From contig JAVJQW010000049.1 of assembly GCA_040218735.1 (NCBI GenBank), positions 128,001 through 192,000 on the forward strand: a DNA stretch of 64,000 nt. Reading direction: 5' to 3'. Source of the DNA: Deltaproteobacteria bacterium. Lineage in GTDB: Bacteria > Myxococcota > Kuafuiibacteriia > Kuafuiibacteriales > Kuafuiibacteriaceae. Position numbers and translations under genes: made by a program. Shown here piece by piece: positions 30,456 to 42,014 of this stretch; position 1 is the first letter of the stretch, and every line of letters begins with the position of its first letter. The notes below the pieces were generated by a model. The model was given only the letters and a program-made list of their open reading frames with translations, made no database searches and had not been told where the DNA came from.

Positions 30456-33400
30456 TCAGCCGAGGATCTCCACGAGCTCAGCGAGCACCCGCAGCTCGCC
30501 TGCGGCGACATCCTCGAACACCATCGCCTCGAATCGCGGGTCGGATGAGGCGGGCATGAGGGTCACGCGGTTGATGGCACCGTCCGCGCCGACGTCTGGT
30601 TGGTAGACCTTCACCGTGTAGCTCCCCAGGTCCGCATCACGCAGCTCGTCGTGCCGAACCAGGACGATCGTTCCGGCGGAAGGTGTGTCAATCGCGAGCG
30701 TCCAAAGGCACCAGGCCCCGTTGGGGATCCTTAGGTTCATCGACTCGCCGACGACCTGCGCCACGAACAGACGGGGGGCCGCCTTTGTCTTGCCCTTCAG
30801 TCCAGCCCACTCGAACTGCGACGGATTGGCGACCTCCTCGTGCTGGGGCACCTCCTCCACCGACTGCAGCGCCGAGAAGCGCCCCGCAGCGATCTTCAGG
30901 TCGTAAATGGGCACCGCGTTCACGAACGGACGCACGTCCTCCGCGGGTAGGTGCGCGAAGGGGAGCACGGTCGCTGCGGTCGGCTTGTCGCGGATCCGTT
31001 TGTAGACCTCCTGGAGCATCCGCTTGGAGAGGAACTCACGGAGGTGCGGGTCCTCGAAGAACAACGTCACGAAGTCGGCGTCGACCTCGAGGTGCTCTGC
31101 CATCGTGTTCGCGAGCGCGGGGTTGAACACGTGCGCGAAGTTGGCTTCGTCGTTCGCCTCGGCGCTGAGCCGGATGTCGTCGGCGTCGACGAGCGCGTCC
31201 GCGACGCCCCCGAGGAACTCGTTGACGTGGTCGGGGAGGTCGAGGCCGAAGCGCTGGTTGAGGGCTTCGATGATCGTCGACAGTTTCTCAGTCGGGCTCT
31301 GCGCCACGCCGGTGCCCGTGGCCGTCGGGCCCGGGAGCTCGCCGGCTTGCCCCTTCGTGAGGGGCATCTCACCCTCGGCGTCCTTCTTGAGCTTGAGGGA
31401 CGTCAGGATGACGTCGTCGTCGAGGTCGAGCGGTCCGCCCGTTTCGGGGCGCGGGAGCTTCCTGAGGAGCATCCGTCCGAACGCGTAGAGCTTTTCGAGG
31501 TGTCGGTCCTCGAACGGGATGACCTGAGCGAGGTAGGCGTACAGGTTCTTGAACGCCACGAGCTGCGCCCGGAACGTCTCCTGGAGGGCGACGCGCTCCT
31601 CGTCGTTGGCCCCGAGCGCCTTGAAACGATCCACCGCCGGGTCGAGCCACCCGTTGAGCTTCGCGTGGCTCGACGGGTTCACGTGTTCGGCGAGCTGATA
31701 GAAGACCGCGGCGAAGCCGTCGACCTCCGAGGACGTGTAGACGTGGGCGTCCGCGAGGTCGTGCTGCAGCTCGTAGAGTCGCTGGGGGTCGACGTCCTCC
31801 GCGATGGTGGTCGTCTCGTAGAAGTCTTGGAACGAGTCGAGGATGGTCTCGCGCTCGTTGACGAAGTCGAGGACGAACGTGACCTCCTTGCCGCGCGCGG
31901 TCCGGTTGAGGCGCGAGAGCGTCTGCACGGCCTGGATCCCCGATAGCCGCTTGTCGACGTACATCGCGCAGAGGAGCGGCTGGTCGAAGCCGGTCTGGTA
32001 CTTGTTGGCGACGAGGAGCACCTGATAGGCGCGCGACGCGAACCTCTCCGGTAGCTCGGTCTCGCTGATGCCCTCGTTCATCTGCGGCTCCGTGTACTCG
32101 ACGCCGGGCGCGTCCGGGTCCGTCACGGAGCCCGAGAAGGCGACGAGGCAGCGGATGTCGGCGTAGCCCTTCTTCGAGATGTAGCCGTCGAAGCTCAGCT
32201 TGTACTTTACGGCCTGTATGCGAGAGCCCGTCACGACCATCGCCTTGGCGCGGCCCTCGAGCTGGTGCGCCACCGTGATGCGGAAGTGCTCGATGATGAG
32301 CTCGGTCTTCTGCGCGATGTTGGTCGGGTGGAGGTTCACGAACCTCGCGAGCGCCGACGACGCCTTCTTCTTGTCGAGCTGCGGGTCGTCGGCGACGGCC
32401 TTCGCGAGCTTGAAGAACCGCTTGTAGGTCGTGTAGCCGCGGAGGACGTCGAGGATGAAGCCCTCCTCGATGGCCTGGCGCATCGAGTAGAGGTGGAACG
32501 GGGCCGGCTTGCCGTCCGGGCCCTCGTGGCCAAAGAGCTTCAGCGTCTTGTGCTTCGGCGTCGCCGTGAAGGCGAAGAAGCTCATGTTCTTCTGCGGTCC
32601 ACGGAGGAGCGCTTTCCGGAGCGCGAGCTGGTCCGGCGTAGAGAGCTCTTCTTCGATCTGCTCTTCGGTGAGTTTGTCGTCGAGCGTGCTGTCCGCGAGC
32701 ATCTCCTTGACGCTCAGGGCCATCTCGCCGCTCTGCGACGAGTGGGCCTCGTCGACGATGATCGCGTAGCGCCGGTCGGGGAGCTTCTCGATCTTGTCCT
32801 GGATGAACCCGAACTTGTGGATGGTCGAAATGATGATCGGCGTCCCGGTCTTCAGCGCGGTGGCGAGCTGCTGCGAGTGCTTGTCGATCTTCTCGACCAC
32901 GCCTTCCGCGTGGTCGAACTGGTAGATGGTGTGCTGGAGCTGTTGATCGAGCACGCGCCTGTCCGTGAGCACGACGACGGAGTGGTAGATCTTCTCGTCG
33001 TTCGCGTCGTGCAGCGAGGCCAGGCGGTGGGCGAGCCACGCGATGGAGTTCGACTTGCCGGACCCGGCCGAGTGCTGGACGAGGTAGTTGGTCCCGGCGC
33101 CGTGGTGTCGGCAGGCGGCTTCGAGCTTCCGCACGCAGTCGAGCTGGTGGAAGCGGGGGAAGATCATGGTCTCCTTCGACCATTTCTTGCCGGTGTCCGG
33201 ATCGACGCCCGTCTCGGTCTGCAGGTGCATGAAGCGGCCGATGATGTCGAGGAGGCTCCGTCGCGCCCAGACCTGCTCCCACAGGTAGGAGGTGCGGTGC
33301 TTCCCGGGCACGGCGGGGTTGCCGGCGCCGTGGTCGTGGCCGCGGTTGAAGGGGAGGAAGAAGGTCTGGTGCCGACTGAGGCGCGTGGTCATCCATGCCT

Positions 33401-33989
33401 CGTCGGTGTCGACGGCGAAGTGGACCAGCGCGCGTTTCTTGAACTGGAAGATCGGGGCCTTCGGGTCGCGGTCGGTCTTGTACTGCTTCCTCGCCTGCCA
33501 CGCCTGCTGCCCGGTCATGGCGTTCTTCAGCTCGCAGGTCACGATGGGGACGCCGTTGAGGCACAGCGTGAGGTCGAGCTCGTTGTCGTTGTTCGGGTCG
33601 TAGCGGAGCTGCCGCACGACGGAGAGCCGGTTGGCTTCGAACTTCGTCCACAGGTCGGGGTTCTTGTCGTGCCCGGGCTCGAAGTAGGCGAGGCTGAGCT
33701 TCTGACCGTAGAAGGGGAGGCCGTGGCGCAGCACCTCCAGAGACCCGCGCTTGTCCATGACCTTGACGACCTCCTGGATGAACAGCGGCTCGAGCTTGTC
33801 CTTCAGGATGCCTTCGAGCTTCGCCCACGGCTTCGGCTGGGTCGTCCGGACGAAGTCGATGAGGAGCTGCGGGAAGAGGGCGAGGGTGCGGTCGTAGGTG
33901 TTGGGGGAGAGGGGCTCGTAGCCATGCGCGAGGAGGTGGGCTTCGATCTCCGCCTCGAAGGTGTGTTCGGTGTGGATGCCGAGCGCCAT
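30456..33989 (-). CDS. hsdR: Type I restriction enzyme R subunit with C-terminal S24/LexA-like peptidase domain
   Basis: DLTLCLNGVPIVTCELKN nuclease; QHSAGSGKS, DEAH, FTATP, TGFD, QTLSRLNR; C-terminal IAAG, VVGESM, YTVK. Confidence 0.95.
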   Translation of the reverse strand: MALGIHTEHTFEAEIEAHLLAHGYEPLSPNTYDRTLALFPQLLIDFVRTTQPKPWAKLEGILKDKLEPLFIQEVVKVMDKRGSLEVLRHGLPFYGQKLSLAYFEPGHDKNPDLWTKFEANRLSVVRQLRYDPNNDNELDLTLCLNGVPIVTCELKNAMTGQQAWQARKQYKTDRDPKAPIFQFKKRALVHFAVDTDEAWMTTRLSRHQTFFLPFNRGHDHGAGNPAVPGKHRTSYLWEQVWARRSLLDIIGRFMHLQTETGVDPDTGKKWSKETMIFPRFHQLDCVRKLEAACRHHGAGTNYLVQHSAGSGKSNSIAWLAHRLASLHDANDEKIYHSVVVLTDRRVLDQQLQHTIYQFDHAEGVVEKIDKHSQQLATALKTGTPIIISTIHKFGFIQDKIEKLPDRRYAIIVDEAHSSQSGEMALSVKEMLADSTLDDKLTEEQIEEELSTPDQLALRKALLRGPQKNMSFFAFTATPKHKTLKLFGHEGPDGKPAPFHLYSMRQAIEEGFILDVLRGYTTYKRFFKLAKAVADDPQLDKKKASSALARFVNLHPTNIAQKTELIIEHFRITVAHQLEGRAKAMVVTGSRIQAVKYKLSFDGYISKKGYADIRCLVAFSGSVTDPDAPGVEYTEPQMNEGISETELPERFASRAYQVLLVANKYQTGFDQPLLCAMYVDKRLSGIQAVQTLSRLNRTARGKEVTFVLDFVNERETILDSFQDFYETTTIAEDVDPQRLYELQHDLADAHVYTSSEVDGFAAVFYQLAEHVNPSSHAKLNGWLDPAVDRFKALGANDEERVALQETFRAQLVAFKNLYAYLAQVIPFEDRHLEKLYAFGRMLLRKLPRPETGGPLDLDDDVILTSLKLKKDAEGEMPLTKGQAGELPGPTATGTGVAQSPTEKLSTIIEALNQRFGLDLPDHVNEFLGGVADALVDADDIRLSAEANDEANFAHVFNPALANTMAEHLEVDADFVTLFFEDPHLREFLSKRMLQEVYKRIRDKPTAATVLPFAHLPAEDVRPFVNAVPIYDLKIAAGRFSALQSVEEVPQHEEVANPSQFEWAGLKGKTKAAPRLFVAQVVGESMNLRIPNGAWCLWTLAIDTPSAGTIVLVRHDELRDADLGSYTVKVYQPDVGADGAINRVTLMPASSDPRFEAMVFEDVAAGELRVLAELVEILG

Positions 33990-34915
33990 CAGTTGTCCTC
34001 GAACGCGCGCACGAAGAGCGGCTTGGCCTTCTCGAGATCGGCCATGGTGCGGAGGAGGACTTCGAGCTCGCCGGTGCCGTAGTGGCCGATTTCGCGGACG
34101 TCGCGGGTGAAGCCGTCCTCGAGGTCGATGGAGTCGGGGTCGACCTTCGTCCAGATGACGAGGTGCGTGCTCGACGGGCGCATGCAGACGAAGTTCTTGA
34201 AGCGTCGGAAGGCGATGTAGATCTTCGTCTCCTTGATCGTGACCTCGTCGGTGTCGCCGAGGGCCAGCAGGAAGGTGCGGAGGGCGTGCCAGACGTCGCT
34301 CAGCGGCGGCTCCATCCGCTCGATGAGGTCCGCCACGCTGGCGGTCTGGGACCTGGGCTCTCTGACGCTGCTGGTTGTGCTTGTGGTGGTGACGGTGGGC
34401 GACTCCTTGGCCTCGGTGCGGTTGACGAGGTCGAGCATCAAGAGCTCGTCGCCGTAGTGGGCGTAGCGGATCAGCTCGATGTTCCGGTTGATCTGCGCGA
34501 CGGCGTGCTCGTCGTACTTGGTGAAGCTGCCGGCCACGCAGAGCAGCCGGGGTGACGACCAGTCGATGGCTGAGGCGACTTCGGCGTCGAACCTCTCCAT
34601 GACCATGAGCTTGAACTCGGCCTGGTGGTCGAGCAACCAGTCGAGGTAGTACAGGCCCTGGTTGATCACGTTCTCGTTGAGGCTGCGCTTGTACTCGATG
34701 ATGACGGGGCAGCCGTTCTCGTCGATCCCGAGGGTGTCGATTCGGCCGCCGTGCTTCCTGCCCGTGCTGTACTCACTGGCGAGGAAGAGGACGCCGAGGA
34801 GCGTGTCGAGGTGGCGCTCGATGAGGCTCTGGAGCGACTTCTCGAGCGTCACGGTCTCCGCCTTGAGCTGCGCGACGTGGGCACCGTTGATCTGGAAGAG
34901 CTTGATGTCGCTCAT
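33989..34915 (-). CDS. NucS-like PD-(D/E)XK nuclease fused to a DUF5655-like domain
   Basis: LEKSLQ..., GRIDTLGID...IIEYKR...QGLYY; C-terminal YIAFRRFKNF...RDVREIGHYGTG. Confidence 0.8.
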   Translation of the reverse strand: MSDIKLFQINGAHVAQLKAETVTLEKSLQSLIERHLDTLLGVLFLASEYSTGRKHGGRIDTLGIDENGCPVIIEYKRSLNENVINQGLYYLDWLLDHQAEFKLMVMERFDAEVASAIDWSSPRLLCVAGSFTKYDEHAVAQINRNIELIRYAHYGDELLMLDLVNRTEAKESPTVTTTSTTSSVREPRSQTASVADLIERMEPPLSDVWHALRTFLLALGDTDEVTIKETKIYIAFRRFKNFVCMRPSSTHLVIWTKVDPDSIDLEDGFTRDVREIGHYGTGELEVLLRTMADLEKAKPLFVRAFEDN

Positions 34916-36246
34916 GCGGCGGCCTCCTGGGTGACGTCGAGCTGACCGGTGACGGCGGCGGTGATGAGGGCCTGGCGGTATTCGTGCAGCGAGTCAATCT
35001 GGCGCTCGATCAGCCCCTGAGCGCTACGGGATTGAGCCAGCTCATTCCATGCCTCCGAGCCGATCATCTTCTGCTCCGCGATTGGCGGTAGCGCCATGTA
35101 GCAACTTCGCACGTGTTCGAGCCCGAGTCCCTGTTTAGTTCCGCCATATTGAGCCACCTTGAAGTGGGCCTGCCCGACGTCGGACGACAACGCGAGTGCG
35201 ATGAATTGTGAGTCTACCCCGTCTGGGGTCAGCCTAAGCAGGCATACGTGCTGATTGATGTACGCCTCGGGATCCGGCGCGGACCGAACGATTGCTACGG
35301 TTCCGGTGCGGGCGCCCGTAATGCAGACGAGAATATCTTGAGTGGCCACCAGAGTTCGCCTTCCTTCAGCGCCGCGCGGCGGCCGAACCCGCTGGATATT
35401 CGAAAGGTCGAGTTGAAGGTCGATCCCAAGATTGCCACTTTGAAGGAAGACGGGATCGCAGTTGTCGCCAGAGTAGTGGTCGGCCCACCCCCTTGAACCG
35501 GACGTTGCGAAGCTCGTAACGCTTCTGAGACGCGTCAACTCCCAGTGCGCCGGGATTTCGCCGATCCACGGGATGCCCGAGTCCTTCATGGGCGCGTCGG
35601 GGTTCAGGCCCTTGGTGACCGCGTGGTTGATGAGGGCGGCGCGCTTCTCGGCCAGCAGGTCCAGCAGCTTCTGCTTCTTGTCGATGAGGGCGTCAATGGC
35701 GGCCGTCTTGCGGTCGAGGAAGTCGGCGATGTCCAGCTGAGTGGAGATGGGCGGCAGGGGAATGAGGGCGTCCTTGATGCCCAACTGTCCGAGGCCGAAC
35801 CGTGTGACTCCATTGGCGGCAACCCAGAACTGCTCTCTGATCCCCTGAGCTTGGAGCGCTCGGAGGAGGTACCTCCCTTGCAGGCGATCCGGCCGCGGGC
35901 GAAGCAACGTCAAATGGTATCCGCAAACGACATTGTCCAGTTCCTCGCGCACGCACGCGGGGATGGCGATGTCATTCCATGTCTCCGAGTCCTTGGTGAT
36001 GGCGACGTCACCCGTTTGAAGACCGAAGCGTCGTATCTCCGATGTGGTAGCGGTCGCCGTCATCAAATCCATCTGGTTCGAGATGAAGTCGTTGTAGTAG
36101 ACGTCGGTGTAGTTGCACAAACGAACGGGGTGACCACCGTCCTCTGACTTCTTGTCGACGGACGAGTTCGAAACGGAGGCAACGTGACGCAATCGGAGCG
36201 CCCGCCATTTCGGTGGAAGGGAGTTGAGCCACGGCGGTGTGTTCAC
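34912..36246 (-). CDS. hsdS: Type I RM specificity subunit
   Basis: Two lower-GC TRDs separated by conserved LPP..Q..IADFLDRKTAAID and MKDSGIPWIGEIPAHW; C-terminal EYRQALITAAVTGQ. Confidence 0.95.
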   Translation of the reverse strand: MNTPPWLNSLPPKWRALRLRHVASVSNSSVDKKSEDGGHPVRLCNYTDVYYNDFISNQMDLMTATATTSEIRRFGLQTGDVAITKDSETWNDIAIPACVREELDNVVCGYHLTLLRPRPDRLQGRYLLRALQAQGIREQFWVAANGVTRFGLGQLGIKDALIPLPPISTQLDIADFLDRKTAAIDALIDKKQKLLDLLAEKRAALINHAVTKGLNPDAPMKDSGIPWIGEIPAHWELTRLRSVTSFATSGSRGWADHYSGDNCDPVFLQSGNLGIDLQLDLSNIQRVRPPRGAEGRRTLVATQDILVCITGARTGTVAIVRSAPDPEAYINQHVCLLRLTPDGVDSQFIALALSSDVGQAHFKVAQYGGTKQGLGLEHVRSCYMALPPIAEQKMIGSEAWNELAQSRSAQGLIERQIDSLHEYRQALITAAVTGQLDVTQEAAA

Positions 36247-38306
36247 GTGAGTGCCTCGCCGAGCATCCCCTGGATCTCCGCCTCCAGCGCCCGAATCTCC
36301 TCCTCGATCACCGCCAAGTCCCGCGGCGGCTCGTACACGTAGAAGTGCCGCGTGAACGGGATCTCATACCCCACCTTCGTCTTCGCCTCGTCGATCCACG
36401 CGTCCGGCACGTGCGGCAGCACCTCCCGCTCCATGTACGCCGCGATGTCCTCCTTCAGCGGCACGTTCTCGTAGTCACGCAGCTCCGGGTCCGGCTCGGG
36501 CGCGCCCTTCGATGTGCACACCTCCGCGGTTTCGTCGCGCTCGGACAGCGCGTTCAGCACCGCCTTGCGCACGGGCGCCGCGAGCTCGACGCCCGCCGAC
36601 TTCATCGCGGACTTCAGCGCCTTCACGAACTCCGGTCGCGACTTGTAGACCCGCTCGCCGTCCATCGACGCCAGCACTGCGCGCACGGCCTCCTGCTGCG
36701 CGCGGCCGGCTTCGATCGCCTGCTTCCCCGCCTCGCCCTTCTTCTTCGACTTCGCGAGGTTCTGCCACGCGCGCTCGTCCTCGAGACGGGCGATGCGCTC
36801 CGGCGACGTCGAGAAGTTCAGCTGGAGCGGGCGCTCGACGGTGATGCGATGAAAGCCGAAGTCGGCGTTGTCGAAGATCTTCACGTCCGGCCCGGGCTCG
36901 AACGCGATGTAGCGTCGCGCGAGCTCGTCGATGTGCTGCTCGCTCAGCTCCTTGCGCTTGTCGCCGAGGCTCTTTCTCATCTTCTGGAAGTACTTCACGC
37001 CGTTGATCAGCTGCACCTTGCCCCTGCGGTGCGCGGCCTTTCGGTTCGTGACCAGCCAGATGTAGGTCGAGATCCCGGTGTTGTAGAACATCTGATCCGG
37101 CAGCGCGACGATCGCCTCCAGCCAGTCGTTCTCCAGAATCCACCGGCGAATCTCCGACTCGCCCGAGCCCGCCGCTCCCGTGAACAGCGGCGACCCGTTG
37201 AACACGATCGCGAGGCGGCTGCCTCCGTCCTCCTTCGGCTTCATCTTGCTGAGCATGTGCAAGAGGAACAGGAGCGACCCGTCGTTCTTGCGCGGCAGCC
37301 CCGGCCCGAAGCGCCCCGCGTGCCCGCGCTGCTCGTGCTCGGTCCGCACGTCGGTCTCCGCCTTCGACCAGTCCACGCCGAACGGTGGGTTCGAGATCAG
37401 GTAGTCCGCGCGGAGGTCGGGGAGGTCGTCGTGCGAGAAGGAGTTACCGAACTTGATGTTGTCGGCCTGGTGGCCCTTGATGAGCATGTCGGCCTTGCAG
37501 ATGGCGTAGGACTCGCCGTTGATCTCCTGCCCGTAGACCTGCAAGCGCGCCTGCGGGTTGAGCTTCGAGATGTGCTCCTCGGCGACGGACAACATCCCGC
37601 CCGTCCCGCACGCCGGGTCGTACATCGTGCGGACGATCCCGGCGGTGTTGAGGGCCTCGTCGTCCTCCGAGAACAGGAGCGTCACCATGAACTTGATGAC
37701 TTCGCGCGGCGTGAAGTGTTCGCCGGCCGTTTCGTTCGACTGTTCGGAGAACTTCCGGATGAGCTCTTCGAAGATGTAGCCCATCTCCGTGTTGCTCACG
37801 TGACTCACCGGCTTGCCGTCGGGGCCAACGCAGGGGGAGCCATCCGGGTTGCGCTCGTATGGGTCGAGATCCACCGCGGTGAACTTCTTGAGGACGAGGA
37901 AGAGCAGGTTGGCGCCGTCCAGGCGCGCCACCTGCGTCTCGAACGCGAACTTCTCCATGATGTCCCGGACGTTCTTCGAGAAGCCGTGGACGTAGCCGGT
38001 CAGGTTGGCGGCGGCGTTGTTCGGGTCGTCGAGGAGCCCGGCGAAGTCGAGCTTCGAAGTGTTGTAGAACGTCTCGCCCGACGCCTTGAGCAGCATCTGC
38101 TCGCGCAGGGCCTCCGGCGTCTTGTCGGCCGGGTGCTTCGCGTGCGCGGCGAGCACCGCCTGGCGCGTGGCGGCCAAGACCTGGTCGAGGCGTCGCAGCA
38201 CCAAGAAGGGGAGGATGACTCGGCCATACTCGGACTGTTTGTAGTCGCCGCGCAGGAGGTCCGCGACCCCCCAGATGAAGCTGACCTTTTCGGAGAAGTT
38301 CTGCAT
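36243..38306 (-). CDS. hsdM: Type I RM N6-adenine methyltransferase subunit
   Basis: GEHFTPREVI, YDPACGTGGML, YGQEIN, SNPPFG. Confidence 0.97.
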   Translation of the reverse strand: MQNFSEKVSFIWGVADLLRGDYKQSEYGRVILPFLVLRRLDQVLAATRQAVLAAHAKHPADKTPEALREQMLLKASGETFYNTSKLDFAGLLDDPNNAAANLTGYVHGFSKNVRDIMEKFAFETQVARLDGANLLFLVLKKFTAVDLDPYERNPDGSPCVGPDGKPVSHVSNTEMGYIFEELIRKFSEQSNETAGEHFTPREVIKFMVTLLFSEDDEALNTAGIVRTMYDPACGTGGMLSVAEEHISKLNPQARLQVYGQEINGESYAICKADMLIKGHQADNIKFGNSFSHDDLPDLRADYLISNPPFGVDWSKAETDVRTEHEQRGHAGRFGPGLPRKNDGSLLFLLHMLSKMKPKEDGGSRLAIVFNGSPLFTGAAGSGESEIRRWILENDWLEAIVALPDQMFYNTGISTYIWLVTNRKAAHRRGKVQLINGVKYFQKMRKSLGDKRKELSEQHIDELARRYIAFEPGPDVKIFDNADFGFHRITVERPLQLNFSTSPERIARLEDERAWQNLAKSKKKGEAGKQAIEAGRAQQEAVRAVLASMDGERVYKSRPEFVKALKSAMKSAGVELAAPVRKAVLNALSERDETAEVCTSKGAPEPDPELRDYENVPLKEDIAAYMEREVLPHVPDAWIDEAKTKVGYEIPFTRHFYVYEPPRDLAVIEEEIRALEAEIQGMLGEALT

Positions 38307-38491
38307 GGGCTGATGCTCGTTGGCTCGCGTCCCGCGTTACCGCGTGACGAAGAGCGTCCGAGTGTCTAGCGGGTGATGGCGCCGCACGCCAGCCGCGTGC
38401 GTTGGGCATCCCATTGTCATTGGGAAGACGAACCAAGCTGGACCTTGGGCATCCCCGACGGCAGACTCCTTGTTCCGGGTGAGGTGACCTC

Positions 38492-39421
38492 ATGAGCGAG
38501 CAGCACAAGATCGTGATTCGCGGCTCGGCCGTGGGTGATGACCGTATTTCTGGCCACGTCTTCCGGGACCTCCTCGATGTCCTCGTCGAGGGCTCGGAGC
38601 GCGCCCTGCGTTTCTACATCGACGGGCGCAGCACTGCGCGCGGCACGCAGCCCGGTTGGATTCGCTCCGCGGCGGACTTCCAGCTGGTCCGGGGCGTCGA
38701 GGGCGACGCGGGAACGGCGATCGTGGAAGCGCGCCCCCTGATCGAAACGATGCCCGAGCGCTTCCAGCAGAGCGAGCTGTTCTCGGACGTCGATCCCGCG
38801 TTGTCGCCGATCGAGCTCTTCGAGAACGCACTCGAAGACGCGCTCGCGGGCAACGAGGACAGCGACCGCTTCGACCTTGCGCTTCTGAAGACCATCGAGA
38901 AGCTCGAGGGGCTCATCGCTCACGGCGTGGATCAGGTCGAGCTCGTGAACGGACGGACCATCAAGGTGGACCGCGCCGCGCTCGCACAGGCGCATCGTGT
39001 TTCTCAGAAGGCGTTTGCACCGCAGCGGGTCAAGGTCGCCGGTCGTCTGGAGGCGATTCGCTACAGCGGCTGCCGGTTTACGTTGGTGACCGCGGACGGA
39101 GTACAACTCAGCGGGGTCGCTGTGGACCTCGGACCCGAAGCGCTGTCGAACCACTTTGGCGAGGAGGTCGTGGTCACCGGGACGGCCGTGTTTCGCGCGT
39201 CGGGCTTCCCGCTTCGTATCGAGGCCGCGCGTATACAGCGCGCCTCTGCCGAGCAGATTTCCTTGTGGTCGGCGGTTCCGAAGCCTCTCCTCGCGCCGAA
39301 GTCACGCGCGGCCGCGTCGTCGGCACAGCGCGCCAAGGGTGGGCTCGCGGCCGTGTTCGGGAAGTGGCCGGGCGACGAGTCCGATGAAGAGATCGCAGCG
39401 GCGCTCGCGGCTCTGTCGTGA
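38492..39421 (+). CDS. Hypothetical 309-aa protein, putative large antitoxin partner of the PIN protein
   Basis: Stop overlaps the PIN start (GTGA); acidic tail GKWPGDESDEEIAAAL; beta-rich OB-like segment. Confidence 0.7.
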   Translation: MSEQHKIVIRGSAVGDDRISGHVFRDLLDVLVEGSERALRFYIDGRSTARGTQPGWIRSAADFQLVRGVEGDAGTAIVEARPLIETMPERFQQSELFSDVDPALSPIELFENALEDALAGNEDSDRFDLALLKTIEKLEGLIAHGVDQVELVNGRTIKVDRAALAQAHRVSQKAFAPQRVKVAGRLEAIRYSGCRFTLVTADGVQLSGVAVDLGPEALSNHFGEEVVVTGTAVFRASGFPLRIEAARIQRASAEQISLWSAVPKPLLAPKSRAAASSAQRAKGGLAAVFGKWPGDESDEEIAAALAALS

Positions 39422-39855
39422 CGTCCGGTGACCAGCAGTGGTTCGTCGACACCGGCGTCCTCGTACACGTACTTCGCGGTAGTGCCCTTGGCCGCTACGT
39501 CCTCGACGACCTCCAGCTCCGTGCGGTGGCCGAGGTGCCGTACGTCTCCGTCGTCACGGTCGGAGAGCTCCTCTCGCTCGCATCGCAGTTCGGGTGGGGC
39601 GCGAAGCGCCGCGCGCAGATGTACGAGGTTCTGGCGGAGCTGATCGTCGTCGACATCAACCAGGAGGCCACGCTCGAGCGGTACGCGGAGCTCGACGCCT
39701 GGTGCGTGAAGCGCGGGTGGTCGCTGGGGAAGAACGACCTCTGGATCGCGGCTTCAGCGGCGGTGACCGGCGCGATGATTCTGACCGTGGACAAGGACTT
39801 CGATGCACTGGAGGGCGTGGGCGGCGTTCGTCGGCTCTATCTCGACCCCGGATGA
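39418..39855 (+). CDS. vapC: PIN-domain ribonuclease toxin (VapC family)
   Basis: [28 protein letters not shown]: four acidic catalytic positions present. Confidence 0.92.
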   Translation: MTSGDQQWFVDTGVLVHVLRGSALGRYVLDDLQLRAVAEVPYVSVVTVGELLSLASQFGWGAKRRAQMYEVLAELIVVDINQEATLERYAELDAWCVKRGWSLGKNDLWIAASAAVTGAMILTVDKDFDALEGVGGVRRLYLDPG

Positions 39856-39926
39856 CCTGGGTCGAGCCATCCGCCCCCTCGGTCCCTCTTGCCGACACGG
39901 GCCGGCACCCTCCCGGGCCGGGGTTT

Positions 39927-39944
39927 GCGGTTTCTCCAAACCGC
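39927..39944. promoter_or_regulatory. Palindrome GCGGTTT-CTCC-AAACCGC, possible operator upstream of prkA
   Basis: Perfect 7-bp inverted repeat directly before a TAGCGT -10-like hexamer. Confidence 0.3.
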
Positions 39945-39962
39945 GTTAGCGTCTCACCTCCC

Positions 39963-42011
<2,049 letters not shown>

Positions 42012-42014
42012 CCA

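Noticed and set aside
29933-30559. ORF encoding GLKPDLEVLRGSGL repeats
   Set aside because: Overlaps two real genes on the opposite strand; the peptide repeat is a by-product of the 42-bp DNA unit
30146-39962. att sites or integrase delimiting the defence island
   Set aside because: No flanking direct repeat, tRNA or recombinase could be seen by eye
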